This document shows, in pieces, positions 14,099 to 26,994 of a DNA stretch of 64,000 nt. Both the position numbers and the translations under genes were made by a program. This DNA comes from Octopus sinensis. Taxonomy: Eukaryota. Position 1 is the stretch's first letter. Each line of letters opens with the position of its first letter. The DNA is taken from positions 84,878,001-84,942,000 of the forward strand of contig NC_043006.1 in the NCBI RefSeq assembly GCF_006345805.1. Direction: 5' to 3'. The notes under the pieces were generated by a model that had not been told where the DNA came from, ran no database searches, and was given only the letters and a program-made list of their open reading frames with translations.

Positions 14099-15284
14099 GT
14101 GTGAGAGGAAAAATTAAGTCTTATGACTTAATTTTTCCTCTCATACCTGAAGTGAAGACCAAATGTATAGTGTGTGTGTTTAATTGACAAAACATGACCA
14201 TCCCCAGCTATAAACAATATCTGTTTCAACACACAATTTCACATCAAGTATCTTGCAAAACAAATACATAAATGTAGACAGACAGACAGATAGATAGATA
14301 GAGACATATAGATCATTTGTCTGGTAACTGGCCAGCAGCTGTAAGATAGCTAATGCCAATTGCTGCAGGAACTTAAGCCACTCAGCTACAAGATCCAATA
14401 ACTTCAATAATCCACGATGATTGCTGATACACACGTCTCACATGGTCTCACACAAACTGACTCGCTGCAAATATTTCTTTCTTGTCATCATAGCTTGTAG
14501 TTACACATCTTATATCTGATTTTCCATGCTAGGATTATGGGTTTTCTTCCATCAATAGTATGGTCTGTCTTTATGAAGAAATTCCTGAGTTCACATAATT
14601 CTTGAATAATTTTACATGCACAAAATGAATCCATTCCACTAGCCCTGTATCCAGGATAAGCAGAGATGTTTTTTTTTTTCTTTTTGGTATATTGGTATGG
14701 ATCTCAAATCTCAGTGCTTCATCATGGTTCTACCTCTATCCAACAACTTCAAGATCTCATATTCTTTTTAGATCCAGCAATTCCAACACACAGTGCTTAA
14801 TTAAAGATCTGAAATTTTTAATAGGTGTAAACACATGGACAGATTTCTTTTATCAAATTGGAGGGTACTACCTACTCCGGAGTGAGTTGTTATCTTACAG
14901 ACTTTGACATATTTTTCTGTTATTTTGTTCTAACCCAGCTGTATTTAATGAGCTTTCTACAGTCAAGGATGACAAGGATTTTAGCTTTCTAAAATGTTTC
15001 TGATAAAATCCTTAAACACACCCAAAATAACTACTGTTCTACTAGTGCCCCATTCCATTCCAAATGGTAGTTTAACTGATGACATTTGTACAACAAGACA
15101 TTGCATTACCTGACTTAGACCTACAAACAAAATGAATATCCCTGCCTTATTTCCATTACAAAAACAGAAAATTCTTTGAGGATATAAAAAGAAAAGACAA
15201 AGAAACAAGCAAAGAAAAAAATATATATATATATATAAAATATATTAATATATAATATACACACATATATATACATGTATATAT

Positions 15285-15324
<40 letters not shown>

Positions 15325-15384
15325 GTATATATACATATATATATACATATATATATATACATACATATACATACATACATATAT

Positions 15385-15444
<60 letters not shown>

Positions 15445-15825
15445 CATATATACATATATATATACATATATACATGCATAGATATATACATATATTCATA
15501 CATAAATAAATACATATATACATATATCATCATATATATATATATATATATATACACAAACACACATATACATATGTGTGTGTGTACATGAATGGTTGTT
15601 TTTATGTCAAGCTATATATAAAAACAATTTAACATTAAACTCAATTACTCAATTTTTGTTTTAGTAGATTACTTATTTATTAACTACTGCAACAAAATGT
15701 TTCACAGTGACTTACAAGCTTTGACTAGTCACACACTGATGAAAGCTTAAACTTCAAAGCTGCTGTCAACCTTTTCCTTGTTGAAATTTATATATATATA
15801 TCAGCATGTGTTTTGAATGACTTAC

Positions 15826-15982
15826 CGTCTGTTTACTGGAGTCAGATGAAAGTTAGGAATGCACTGTAGACGAGCTTGCAGGATTCGAAAAGCTTCCGAC
15901 TGTGGTAGTAGCATAAGAATTCCATACAGACTTTTGACTAAATACTGATTGTTCTCAGCCTCAAGCATCTGAAGACGCAAAT
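15826..15982 (-). CDS. VAC14: VAC14 internal exon (157 nt, phase 1 to 2)
   Basis: Long polypyrimidine tract ...aaatacag|AT TTG CGT...AGA CG|gtaagt encodes (Y)[51 protein letters not shown]; human has [44 protein letters not shown]. Joins the 19782 exon in frame (T|AT = Tyr) across a 3799-nt intron. Confidence 0.97.
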
Positions 15983-16299
15983 CTGTATTTAGAAGACAAA
16001 AAAGGAAAAAGAAAGAAAACAGTAAAATATTTTAACCTTCTTATACCTAAATAAATATTTAGAAAAAACCTTATATATATATGTCTTTTGTGATATAGTA
16101 AAAAGTAAGGAATAAGTCTGATATAAAAAAAAAACATTTAATTGTTGCATGTGGTTAAGAAGTTTGCTTTGCAAGCACTCGGTTTTGAGTTCAGTCCCAC
16201 TGCATGGCAGGTTGGGCAAATGTCTTCTACAGTAGCCTTGGGCAAACCAAAGCCTTGCTAATAGATTTGTCAGATGGAATCTGAAAAAAGCCTGGCATA

Positions 16300-16330
<31 letters not shown>

Positions 16331-17076
16331 GATATATATATATATATAATTCCAGCATGGAAGGTGTTTATAAGACATTGAAGAAACACACAAAATCTGT
16401 TAGATTCACTTCAACATTTAAATTTAATGTCTCCAGCTGGCTATATGACAGCTCAAGCTAAAACAACAGTAACATTCATCCCAACCAGGACTGCCACATT
16501 ATGTTGGCAAATAATCTTTACATTAAAGTACTGTTATTGTATGTCTCTCATTGACAGATTTAGAAATAAAGAGACTTAGTAATTTTAATATTTCTATTAT
16601 ATATATATTCTTTAATGCTGGAGCACACACACGTGTATAGGTGCATGCGTGACTGTGTAGCAAGAAGCTTGCTTCCCAACCACATGGTTCCAGTTTCAGT
16701 CCCACTGCATGGCACCTAGAGCAAGTGTCTTCTACTATAGCCTCAGGCCAACCAAAGCCTTGTGAATGAATTTGGTGGATAGAAACTGAAGGAGGCCTGT
16801 GCCAGTGGTATGTTAAAAGCACGATTTGAACATGGTCGATGCCAGCCCCCGTGAAGCATGGCAGTTTGCACACATGCATCGTACAATCTACCTTTCACTC
16901 TGAGTGAGAGACCCTTTGTCGCCAGTAGGAGAAGAAGCTTCCTAAACTTTGCCCAGGCTGAGCATCCACCCCTCTACTGAATTGGTCACCTAGGTAGCAG
17001 AAACTATCAACTACTTCTAGTTTCTACCCCAGGAGTGTAATGGAATCTGTTCTCTGAGTATCAATGGTGTCTATTA

Positions 17077-17310
17077 AGGCAGCGAGCTGGCAGAAACGTT
17101 AGCACACCAGGCGAATTGCATAGCCATATTTCGTTTGCCGTTGCGTTCTGAGTTCAAATTCCACCGAGGTCGACTTTGCCTTTCATCCTTTCGGGGTCGA
17201 TAAATTAAGTACCAGTTACGCACTGGGGTCGATGTAATCGACTTAATCCGTTTGTCTGTCCTTGTTTGTCCCCTCTGTGCTTAGCCCCTTGTGGGTAGTA
17301 AAGAAATAGG
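17077..17310 (+). mobile_element. Full-length SINE family A
   Basis: ggcagcgagctggcagaaacgttagc...gagttcaaattcc...gtgggtagtaaagaaatagg. Confidence 0.9.
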
Positions 17311-17437
17311 TGTCTATTGCCCTTGTGCCGCATACGAAAGCTATCTTCTCAGTTAATTTTCCTTTGATATTGCTGCATCTCTTATGTGTCCATAGCTTAC
17401 ACTGATATATATATATATAACAAAGTAAAATTGGAAG

Positions 17438-17478
<41 letters not shown>

Positions 17479-19084
17479 CATACATATATATGTGTGTGTG
17501 TCTTTGTATCTGTGTATGTCTCCCACCACCACAGCTTAACAATGGGAGCTGATGTGCTTTTATACCCATAACTTAGCGGTTTGGCAAAAGAGACCGATAG
17601 AATAAGTACCAGGCTTATAAAAAGTAAGTACTGGGGTTGATAAATTCGACTAAAAATTCTTCAAGGCGGTGCTCCAGCATGGCCACAACCAAATGGCTGG
17701 AAAAAATAAAAGAATACACACATGCATATATACTCAGACAGACACATACATGCATATGTAATATGCTTCCTTGCAATAATGTTGTTATTCAGACATAAAA
17801 CCTCCTCAGAGTCTGCCAAAGCTTTTAATTGTTGCTGTCATCTTATCATAAGATTATTGTATTGGAAGCATCAAGAATTATCAACAACAATTATAGGGTT
17901 AAGTAAATGATTACTTAACGAGCTATTTCAATGCCAAAGCAATACTTCCAAGAGCTATTTGCCTGCATCCTTCAAATAAATTAATGAACACAAACTCAAA
18001 TAGCTATCAATACTACTTGCCTTCAGGCTGAATACTTCAACTGAACAACGTAGATGCAAAAAGATATTTTTTGTTCTTTTTTTTTCTGATTTGTTTTGGC
18101 ATTTTTTTTTGGTGTGGTTGGTATTATAGTAAAAGATAACCATAAAATCATCATCATTATCATCATCGCTATCATCATTATCATTGTCATCATCCTTATT
18201 ATCAACATCATTTCTCATTACCATCACATCACCACCACAAGGACTGTCATCATCATCGCTATCACCACCACCATCATGTCATCACCAGTACTGTTGTCAT
18301 CATCGTCATCACCGGTATCATTATCATCATCACCACCACTAACACCACACCAAACAACCATTTCATCATTACCACTACCACCACTAGCCATCACCAACAC
18401 CATCCCCACACCACCATCATCATCATCACCAACACCACTGTTGTCATCACCACCACCACCACAACTACCACCATTGTCATCGCTACTTTATTTCCATTTC
18501 TTTACTACCCACAAGGGGCTAAACACACAGAGAGGACAAACAAGGACAGACAAACGGATTAAGTCGATTACATCAACCCCAGTGCATAACTGGTACTTAT
18601 TTAATCGACCCCGAAAGGATGAAAGGTAAAGTCGACCACGGCGGAATTTGAACTCAGAACGTAGCGGCAGACGAAATACCGCTAGGCATTTTGCCTGGTG
18701 TGCTAACGATTCTGCCAGCTCACTGCCTTATCACTAGATTATTTCAAATTGCTCCAGTTCACTCAGCTGTAGAAACGAGTTGCGATGTCACTGGTGCCAA
18801 GATGTATCAGCACCTTCGCCTTTCCCTTGGACAACATTTGTGGCATGGAGAGGGAAGAATGGTATGCGTGGGCAACTGCTGGTCTTCCAGGAAACAACCT
18901 TGCCTGGACTTGTGGCCTCGGAGGGTAACTTTCCAGGTGCAATCCCATAGTCATTCATGACCAAAAGGGGTCCTTTACCTTTTAAGCTCACATTCATTCC
19001 TCCTTCACCAAATACAGTTGGAACTCTTCTTAGCTACTTCTACCATTGTCTTCAGAGCAGTGGTCTCTTTTACTCTTTTTTTTT

Positions 19085-19470
19085 TTACTCTTTTACTTGT
19101 TTCAGTCATTTGACTGCAGCCATGCTGGAGCACCGCCCTTAGTCAAGTAATTCGACCCCGGGACTTATTCTTTGTAAGTCTAGTACTTATTCTATCAGTC
19201 TCTTTTGCTGAACTGCTAAGTTACGGGGACATAAACACACCAGCATCAATTGTCAAGCGATGTTGGGGGGACAAACACAAACATACAAACACACACATAC
19301 ATATATATGATGGGCTTCTTTCAGTTTCCGTCTACCAAATCCACTCACAAGGCTTTGGTCGGCCCGAGGCTATAGTAGAAGACAGTTGCCCAAGGTGCCA
19401 CGCAGCGGGACTGAACCCGGAACCATGTGGTTGGTAAGCAAGCCACTTACCACACAGCCACTCCTGCGCC
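19085..19470 (-). mobile_element. Full-length SINE family B
   Basis: Complete reverse complement from ggcgcaggagtggctgtgtggtaag to the gaaacaagtaaaagagt tail. Confidence 0.9.
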
Positions 19471-19781
19471 TATTTTCCAGAAATTGAGAGATTTTATACT
19501 ATCACCCTTAATGTGACACATGACACCCAGCCAAAAGATGTACACAGTGCTCTCTTTCCGCTTTTGCTACAGTGTCACATTGGTTTTGATTATGTCATTT
19601 GAAGATTCATTGTCTTTTATAAATGGGTTTCGTAGTCGTCATCGTCGTTGTGCTTCGTTATATCCAGGAAAACGATCGATTCAGAAATAACATTGTATAG
19701 AAGTAATTATATATTTTTTTAAAAATAAAAACAAATTCAGGAAAGAAAAGACAGAAATATAAAAGAAAAAAACATACTTAC

Positions 19782-19861
19782 AGGCAAATATAGGTGATTC
19801 GATTAGTTGAACTAATTTGTCAAGTTCAATAAGAAATTCTTTTGTTATTTCTAAATCTCCA
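19782..19861 (-). CDS. VAC14: VAC14 internal exon (80 nt, phase 2 to 1)
   Basis: Minus strand ttttttacag|T GGA GAT...TTT GCC T|gtaagt encodes (F)[26 protein letters not shown](Y); human VAC14 has [27 protein letters not shown]. Canonical splice sites. Confidence 0.96.
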
Positions 19862-19917
19862 CTGTAAAAAACATATGAGTCAAGGAAAAAAAACACATAC
19901 ACACACAAAGAATCGTT

Positions 19918-19971
19918 GGAGGAGGAGGAGGAGGGGTGAGAATAAGAAGAGCAGCAGCGGCGGTGGCGGCA

Positions 19972-20010
<39 letters not shown>

Positions 20011-20070
20011 GCAGCAACAACAACAGCAGCAGCAGCAACAACAACAACACCAAGAAGAAGAAGAAGAAGA
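19918..20070. repeat. Compound (GGA)(GCA)(AAC)(AAG) trinucleotide repeat, intronic
   Basis: Direct inspection; about 60 bp upstream of the VAC14 exon acceptor in transcript sense. Confidence 0.9.
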
Positions 20071-21957
20071 TACACGATGTGTTTCTAAGTAAAATTTGAC
20101 AGTAACGATAATAAATAAACGGATTCAGATTCTCTGCAGAAATACTGAAAGTAAAGTTAATTTACATAAGTAATGTAAAACATACACATGCACGCACACA
20201 CACATGCATACAAACACACATGCACACACACAATCACATGCACATGCACACACATATTAATACACACATACATACACACAAGGGGTATGGTTAGTAACTT
20301 TACTTAGAAAACATGTCATTCCAAGTTTGATAAGTCTCTTCTATTATAGATTTATGTTGATCAATACCTTTATCATTGTTGTTTTACTATCCACTTTTCC
20401 ATGCTGTCATGGATCGGATCAGACAGAATCTGTTGAGGCATGCAACTATCACAAAATTTTGCCCAGACAAAGAGATACATGTGCATGCGCACACACAGAG
20501 CCTGGCACTTCATCAATTACAATGACAAGGGTTCCAAATGATCCAATCAATGAACAACTTGCTTGTGAAATTAACATGCAAGTGGCTGAATACTCCGCAG
20601 ACCTGCATACCCTTAACATAGTTCTCAGGGAGATCCAGTGTGATACAGAATGTAACAGGGCTGGCCGTTTTGGATTACTGTTACAACTCATTTTTGCCAG
20701 CTGAGCAAGGTTGTTGCCAGTACCGCCTGACTGGCCCCCATGCCGGTGGCACGTAAAAAGCACCCACTACACTCTCGGAGTGGTTGGCATTAGGAAGGGC
20801 ATCAAGCTGTAGAAACTCTGCCAAATCAAGATTGGAGCCTCGTGCAGCCATCTGGTTCGCCAGCCCTCAGTCAAAATCGTCCAACCCATGCTAGCATGGA
20901 AAGCGGACATTAAATGATGATGAGTGGATTGGAGCAATGTGAAGTGAAATAAAGTGTCTTGCTCAAGGACATAGCGCGCCACCAGGAATTGAACTCACGA
21001 CCTTACAATTGTGAACAAATACCCCAGCCACTAAGCCCATACATGCACACATATATATACATACAATAGGCTTCTTTCAGTTTCTATGCACCAAATCCAG
21101 TCACAAGACTTTAGTTGGCATAGGGCTATAATAGAAAACACTTGTTCAAGGTACCATGCAGTGGGACTGAACCTAAAGTCACATGGTTGCGAAGCAAATA
21201 TCTTAACCACACAGCCACTGTGAAGATATAAGGTATTAAAGTCAACAGTATTTAACATTAATCTACCTTACAAACTTACGTTATTCTTTGCTTTCAGTTT
21301 CCCCACCACTGAAGTTTTATCCCATCGTTAACGCTAATTAATTACTTATCTTTCCTTTCTTTCTTTCTGTTTTAGGTTTATCTTTCACCTTTATCTCTCT
21401 CACAATATTTCTAATTCAACAAGAATTTTCATACTCTCTCTCTGTATATAAATATGTGTGCGTGTATGCCTATACATACATACATATATATGAGTGGAGG
21501 AGTGTATGTGTAAGTGTGTGTATGTGTATATAAATATATATAGAGATTTATATACATCTATATATATATATGTTTACATAGACAAACATAAACACACACA
21601 CACAAACACACTCACACACACACACACCACATTATGAAAACATTGAAGAAAACAAAACTCATCAAAATGCGCTTATCTTCAGTTCATCTGCTTTAATTTA
21701 ATTGAAGACTGTAACACATGGGAAGGAAAACTTACAACTGTTCACTGCAGTAAGGAAATCCTTAAGTCAGCCTCCCGCAAATTCAAGTTAACACTGTTAG
21801 TTTACACACAAACACACAAACACACACACACACACACATACACACACAGATAGACATAGACAGACAGATACAGAGATAGTTAGGGTTCCCATAAATTACC
21901 ATTACAATTTGATACAATAAATGGTGGCAATTGTGAAGGAAATTTATGATAAATAAA

Positions 21958-22993
21958 ATGAGGGTGGGCTGAAAAGTTTATAGGCTGACTTTTGAAGGAG
22001 TGATGCTAGAGCTGTGAAATTTTGCATGCATTAATTTCAACTCCTCTTTTTAATAAACCACATTGTTTCTTTCCAACTAAACTGACATTTGACTGTTCAA
22101 AGAACACTTCGAAAGTAACTAGTAGTGACTCCTCTTGAAAATAGACAAAAGTTGTTAAGGCAGTTACAAAGGTCTATCAAAATCAAACACGGCAAGCTGG
22201 CAGAAACGTTAGCACGCCGGGCGAAATGCTCAACGGTATTTCGTCTGCCACTGCGTTCTGAGTTCAAATTCCGCTGAGGTTGACTTTGCCTTTCATCCTT
22301 TCGGGGTCGATAAATTAAGTACCAGTTATGCACTGGGATCGATATAATCGACTTAATCCGTTTGTCTGTCCTTGTTTATTCTTTCAGTGTTTAGCCCCTT
22401 GTGGGTAGTAAAGAAATAGGTATTTTGTCTGCGTTCTGAGTTCAAATTCCGCCGAGGTCAACTTTGCCTTTCATCCTTTTGGGGTCGATAAATTAAGTAC
22501 CAGTTACACACTGGGGTCGATGTAATCGACTTAATCTGTTTATCTGTCCTTGTTTGTCCCGTCTGTGTTTAGCCCCTTGTGGGTAGTAAAGAAATATATC
22601 AAAATCAAACACCTACAAAAACTGTTTCATCAAGACAATACTCCAGCACCCAAGTCCTTAGTTTCAATGGCTGCTGTGCATGACTGTTGCTCTGAGTTGG
22701 TTGATCACCTTCCTTATTCTCCTGATTTGACCCTCCATCTGACTATTATTTGATCCATCCCCAACATGGAAAAGGCACTTGGATGGGGACCAGTATCACA
22801 GATCATGTCACATCTACTGATGATGACTTTCTTGACCAACAGCATGAAAGCTTCTTCACCAATGGGATCCAAGTATTGCAACATCGATGGAAGAAGTGAA
22901 TGAACCACAAGGGTGACTATATCGAAAAATAAACCTCATTTGGTTACATTTCATGAGAGTATCTTGGACAGCCTATGAACTTTTTAGCTGACC

Positions 22994-22998
<5 letters not shown>
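21958..22998 (+). mobile_element. Non-autonomous mariner relic with TIRs
   Basis: TIRs atgagggtgggctgaaaagtttataggctg / cagcctatgaactttttagctgaccctcat; internal LFHQDNTPAPKS...LVDHLPYSPDL resembles the mariner HDNARPH...PYSPDL catalytic segment. Confidence 0.85.
22191..22596 (+). mobile_element. Dimeric SINE family A inserted in the mariner relic, 16-bp TSD
   Basis: tatcaaaatcaaacac at 22175-22190 and 22597-22612 flanks a full monomer plus a 5'-truncated monomer. Confidence 0.9.
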
Positions 22999-23038
<40 letters not shown>

Positions 23039-23677
23039 TGATTGACAGAATGAGGTAAAAAATCCAAGGCTGTGAAAGATTTCAGAACATTTATAAAGAG
23101 AAGGTCTTACAGTTGTTTCTGGGAAATTTTATATATTTCCGGGAAATTTTAAGATATTCCATAAAGGTACCCTTTATGGTGAGGAACTCAGGGTAACCCT
23201 ATAAACCAGCTCTCACCAGTAATAAATATAGACTGCTCTACTTCTTGGAGTGTGCTTCTTCTCCAGATTTATGTTTTTCTAAAAAATAGCAATATATATA
23301 TATATCTCAGTGCGAATGTCAAGTTTAAGCTTATAGCAATCACCATGCAAAATGACTAAGGAAAATAGTCTAATAATGGGGCATATAAGCCCTCAACAGA
23401 AAAAAGTAGGCTTTCCCATATGCATGGGACTCGAACTCACGTCCCTTTGTTAACGCAACTGTGTTACCAATTATATATAGATTATATATAGCCATGACAG
23501 ATTGCTAGCCACTAAACGTTTTTCTATTTTCTCTCCCTGTTTATTTCTGTGTTCCTCTCTGTCAAAGAGTGTAGGCTCGAAACGTAAAAGACTTTCTCAC
23601 TTCCCAAGCGTTAAACTAATACATCTGTTTGTTGCGTACACACCCGTCTTCGTCTTTTGTTTTTTTTTGTAAATTCA

Positions 23678-23715
<38 letters not shown>

Positions 23716-23954
23716 GTTTTGCAAGATTCCTGATGTGAAATCGTGTGTTGAAACAGATATTGTTGTATTTCGGGATGGTCATTTTATTTATTTATTATAT
23801 TTATTTTTTGCCAATGGACAAGCATTAAAATAATAAAATAACAGTAATAAACAAGTGAAGAAAACAAAATATATATATATATAGTGCATGTGTTTATTTG
23901 GCAAAAAAAAAATAAATAAATAAAATGACCAGCCTGAGATACAAGAACATATAT

Positions 23955-24004
<50 letters not shown>

Positions 24005-24236
24005 CGTCCAACCCATGCTAGCAGGGAAAACGGACGTTAAACGATGATGATGATGATATATATTCCAATAATTTATATTAAGTTTTTTTTAATTGCATTC
24101 TTATCTTATATGTATTGAATTTTAATGTATATATGAATGTTATTATGGTTCTCGTTTTGTTAAATAAATAAGTCAACATTCTAATAGCCTAAAGCTGATA
24201 AACCAACTAAATGTTTCTCCATTTTCTTATTTGTAT

Positions 24237-24291
<55 letters not shown>

Positions 24292-26154
24292 TATAAGATT
24301 GTATGTACATCAGTTCTAATCTATTTAGTTGACAATTTAATATAGCATTCAATATGATTCATCTCTTTAAAAATTAAAAGTGTAACATAGCAAGAGCAAC
24401 CCAAATTAAGAATACACTACAGCACAGTCCTGAAAAGTGGCACAATCCCCTATCTATAGTACCATCTGGCAACCCTGTTCTGAGTAAAAATTGCACCTAG
24501 GTGCCAATGAGCAAGGTGTATCACCCAACCACAAGAGCACTCTCTCCAACTAATAATTACAATTGACCAAGCATAGACAAGTTAGGCTACAACTAACATA
24601 GATAAGCTGACAGTAGCTAACTCAACTACAGATGAATGGAGCCTCCATGTGACTTCTTGAATAGCTATAAATAACAGCCATATCTCTCTCAAATTACACC
24701 CCATCATCTTGGAGATGAGACAAATTGCATGATGTAGTGCAGATTATGGAATACCTACAAAAGGCAATGGAATGGTCACAGGCCAGGTCATGGTTGGATT
24801 GCTTTTCATCGTAAGTGTGTGTGATTGGTACTGACCAAGGGCTAAAAACACAATAACAATAATAGTTAAGCAAGCAATTCTGAGATTAAATGATCTGGGG
24901 AAAAGCTTTAATGTCACAACTTCCCGTTTTTCCTTTTTTTTTTGTTTTGTTTTTCGTTTTGTTACAAAACTTCTGTTTTACTCAAGAAGACGTAATTATA
25001 ATGGAAAAGAACCCAAACACTGAAAAATGTATTAAAAAAACATGAGATAAATAAAACCAAAAATAAACAAAAAAAAGAAGACAGATTAAGCACTCTTATT
25101 GATGGACAACTACATGTGCAGACAAAAAATATGGGTACATCGCATTGTGGAAAAAAAAAATCAATATATAGATTTAACAAACAAACCAAAAAGAATATAA
25201 AAATAAGCAAACATTTTCGCAAAAATTGAAGAAATACATAAATAATACCAAAAACAAAAAAATCAGAATAAGATATATATAAAAAAAAAAGAAGTGTAAA
25301 GAAGGAAATAAATCACAGAATGAAAGCAATTGATCAATTTAGTAAATATTGATTTGAAGTCCCAGAGTTCAATAACTTCAGAAGTAAAACCCCAACACAA
25401 ATCAATGAACCTAATCTACCCTAATTACTATACAGTCTACACTAATATACTAATACATATATATATATACATACATATATATTTTATATATATATATATA
25501 GTCAGGACAGACTGCTGACAAGAAGTGGAACATAAAACAATTAACTGAGCATGGCTTAAGTTACATATATAAATGTGTGTGTGTGTGCATATTGTTTTCT
25601 ATTACATTACACAGAACAAAAATATTGAAGAAATAACAATAAAATGAATACATACATATATACATACACAACAACAGACTCATACATGCTTACATACATA
25701 CAAACAAACAGATTCACATTTATATCAATAATAATTTGTACACTTGGTTTTGTGGGGAAATACATAAATGACCATCTGGAAAAAGCTAAGGTTTTTCTGA
25801 AAAAAGTAAAAAAAAATCAACCGGCTAATTTGTACATTACAATTACAATCTGTAAGCGGAACAGTAAAAATACGCAAGACTTTTCTCAATTTTAAAATGT
25901 GACATTGTTTTTGCTAACTATATTCCAATGATAGTGCTTTGTGTGTTTATTAGAAACCAGCTCCTTTACAGGAAGACTTCAAATGATTGAAATTAGAAGA
26001 GAACAAATAAACAAACGAACAAACATATTGGGTTGTCCGGAAAGTTTGTGCCAATTTTTAAAGGAAAGAAAAACGTCAATAAATACTTGCCATTACATTT
26101 TTAATCAACCAAATATGAACCATTTTATTGCACAATGTGTCTCCATCAGCAATG

Positions 26155-26695
26155 ACCAACTTAAACAATGAGACCGTTCAGAAGAGTTGCAGGAGATTCT
26201 GAAGATGTCTGGAGGCCATGGTTGAAGCCAATGGCGATTTTATTGAATAAATTTACTCTTTAGTATTTCATGGTATTTTTATGTAATTTTGGCAAATATA
26301 TCTGTTAAAATGAAATGTTGTTGTTTGTTCCTTCTCGATCCACGCCTGGCACATAAGGGCCGGTTTCCCGGTTTCCTTGGCGTATAGGTTCCCCACCTGG
26401 ACGGGATGCCGGTCCATTACAGGTGAGCTGCATGATGCAGGAGGAAAGAGTGAGAGAAAGTTGTGGCGAAAGAGTCAGCAGAAGTTTTGCCATTACCTTC
26501 TGCCGGAGCTGCGTGGAGCTTAGGTGTTTCACTCATAAACACACATCGCCCGGTCTGAGATTCGAACCCACGATCCCTCGACCGCGAGTCCACTGCTCTA
26601 ACCACTAGGCCATGTGCCTCCACATTAAAATAAGATACCAGTGTTATTTTCCTTTTTGCATAATTTAGATGACGATTTATTCACCACGCCCTGTA
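26155..26695 (+). mobile_element. 3' end of a Tc1/maT-like transposon interrupted by a SINE
   Basis: Same family as 31580-31802; ends ...caccacgccctgta|ta; a tRNA-SINE (family C, minus) is inserted at about 26316-26622. Confidence 0.8.
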
Positions 26696-26867
26696 TATAT
26701 ATATATATATATATATTACATATATATGTACTTTTCTGGACTAATTGGTATATGTCAATTAGTGTGTTGAGTAAAGCACTTTCACAGTTTGAGCTATCTG
26801 GTGTCATCCACGGTTGAGGTACATAATCTGCTGGATCTATGTCAGGAATTCCACTGTGTTAGTTGAG

Positions 26868-26958
26868 ATAATAATAATTGATGAAGGAGACGGAACATAG
26901 ATTTAGCACCAGTCTTTATAAAGACTAATATTAAATCTATGTTCCGTCTCCTTCATCA

Positions 26959-26969
<11 letters not shown>
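26868..26969. repeat. Palindromic mini-element with 38-bp perfect arms
   Basis: ataataataattgatgaaggagacggaacatagattta and its exact reverse complement; the spacer contains the palindrome agtctttataaagact. Confidence 0.9.
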
Positions 26970-26994
<25 letters not shown>

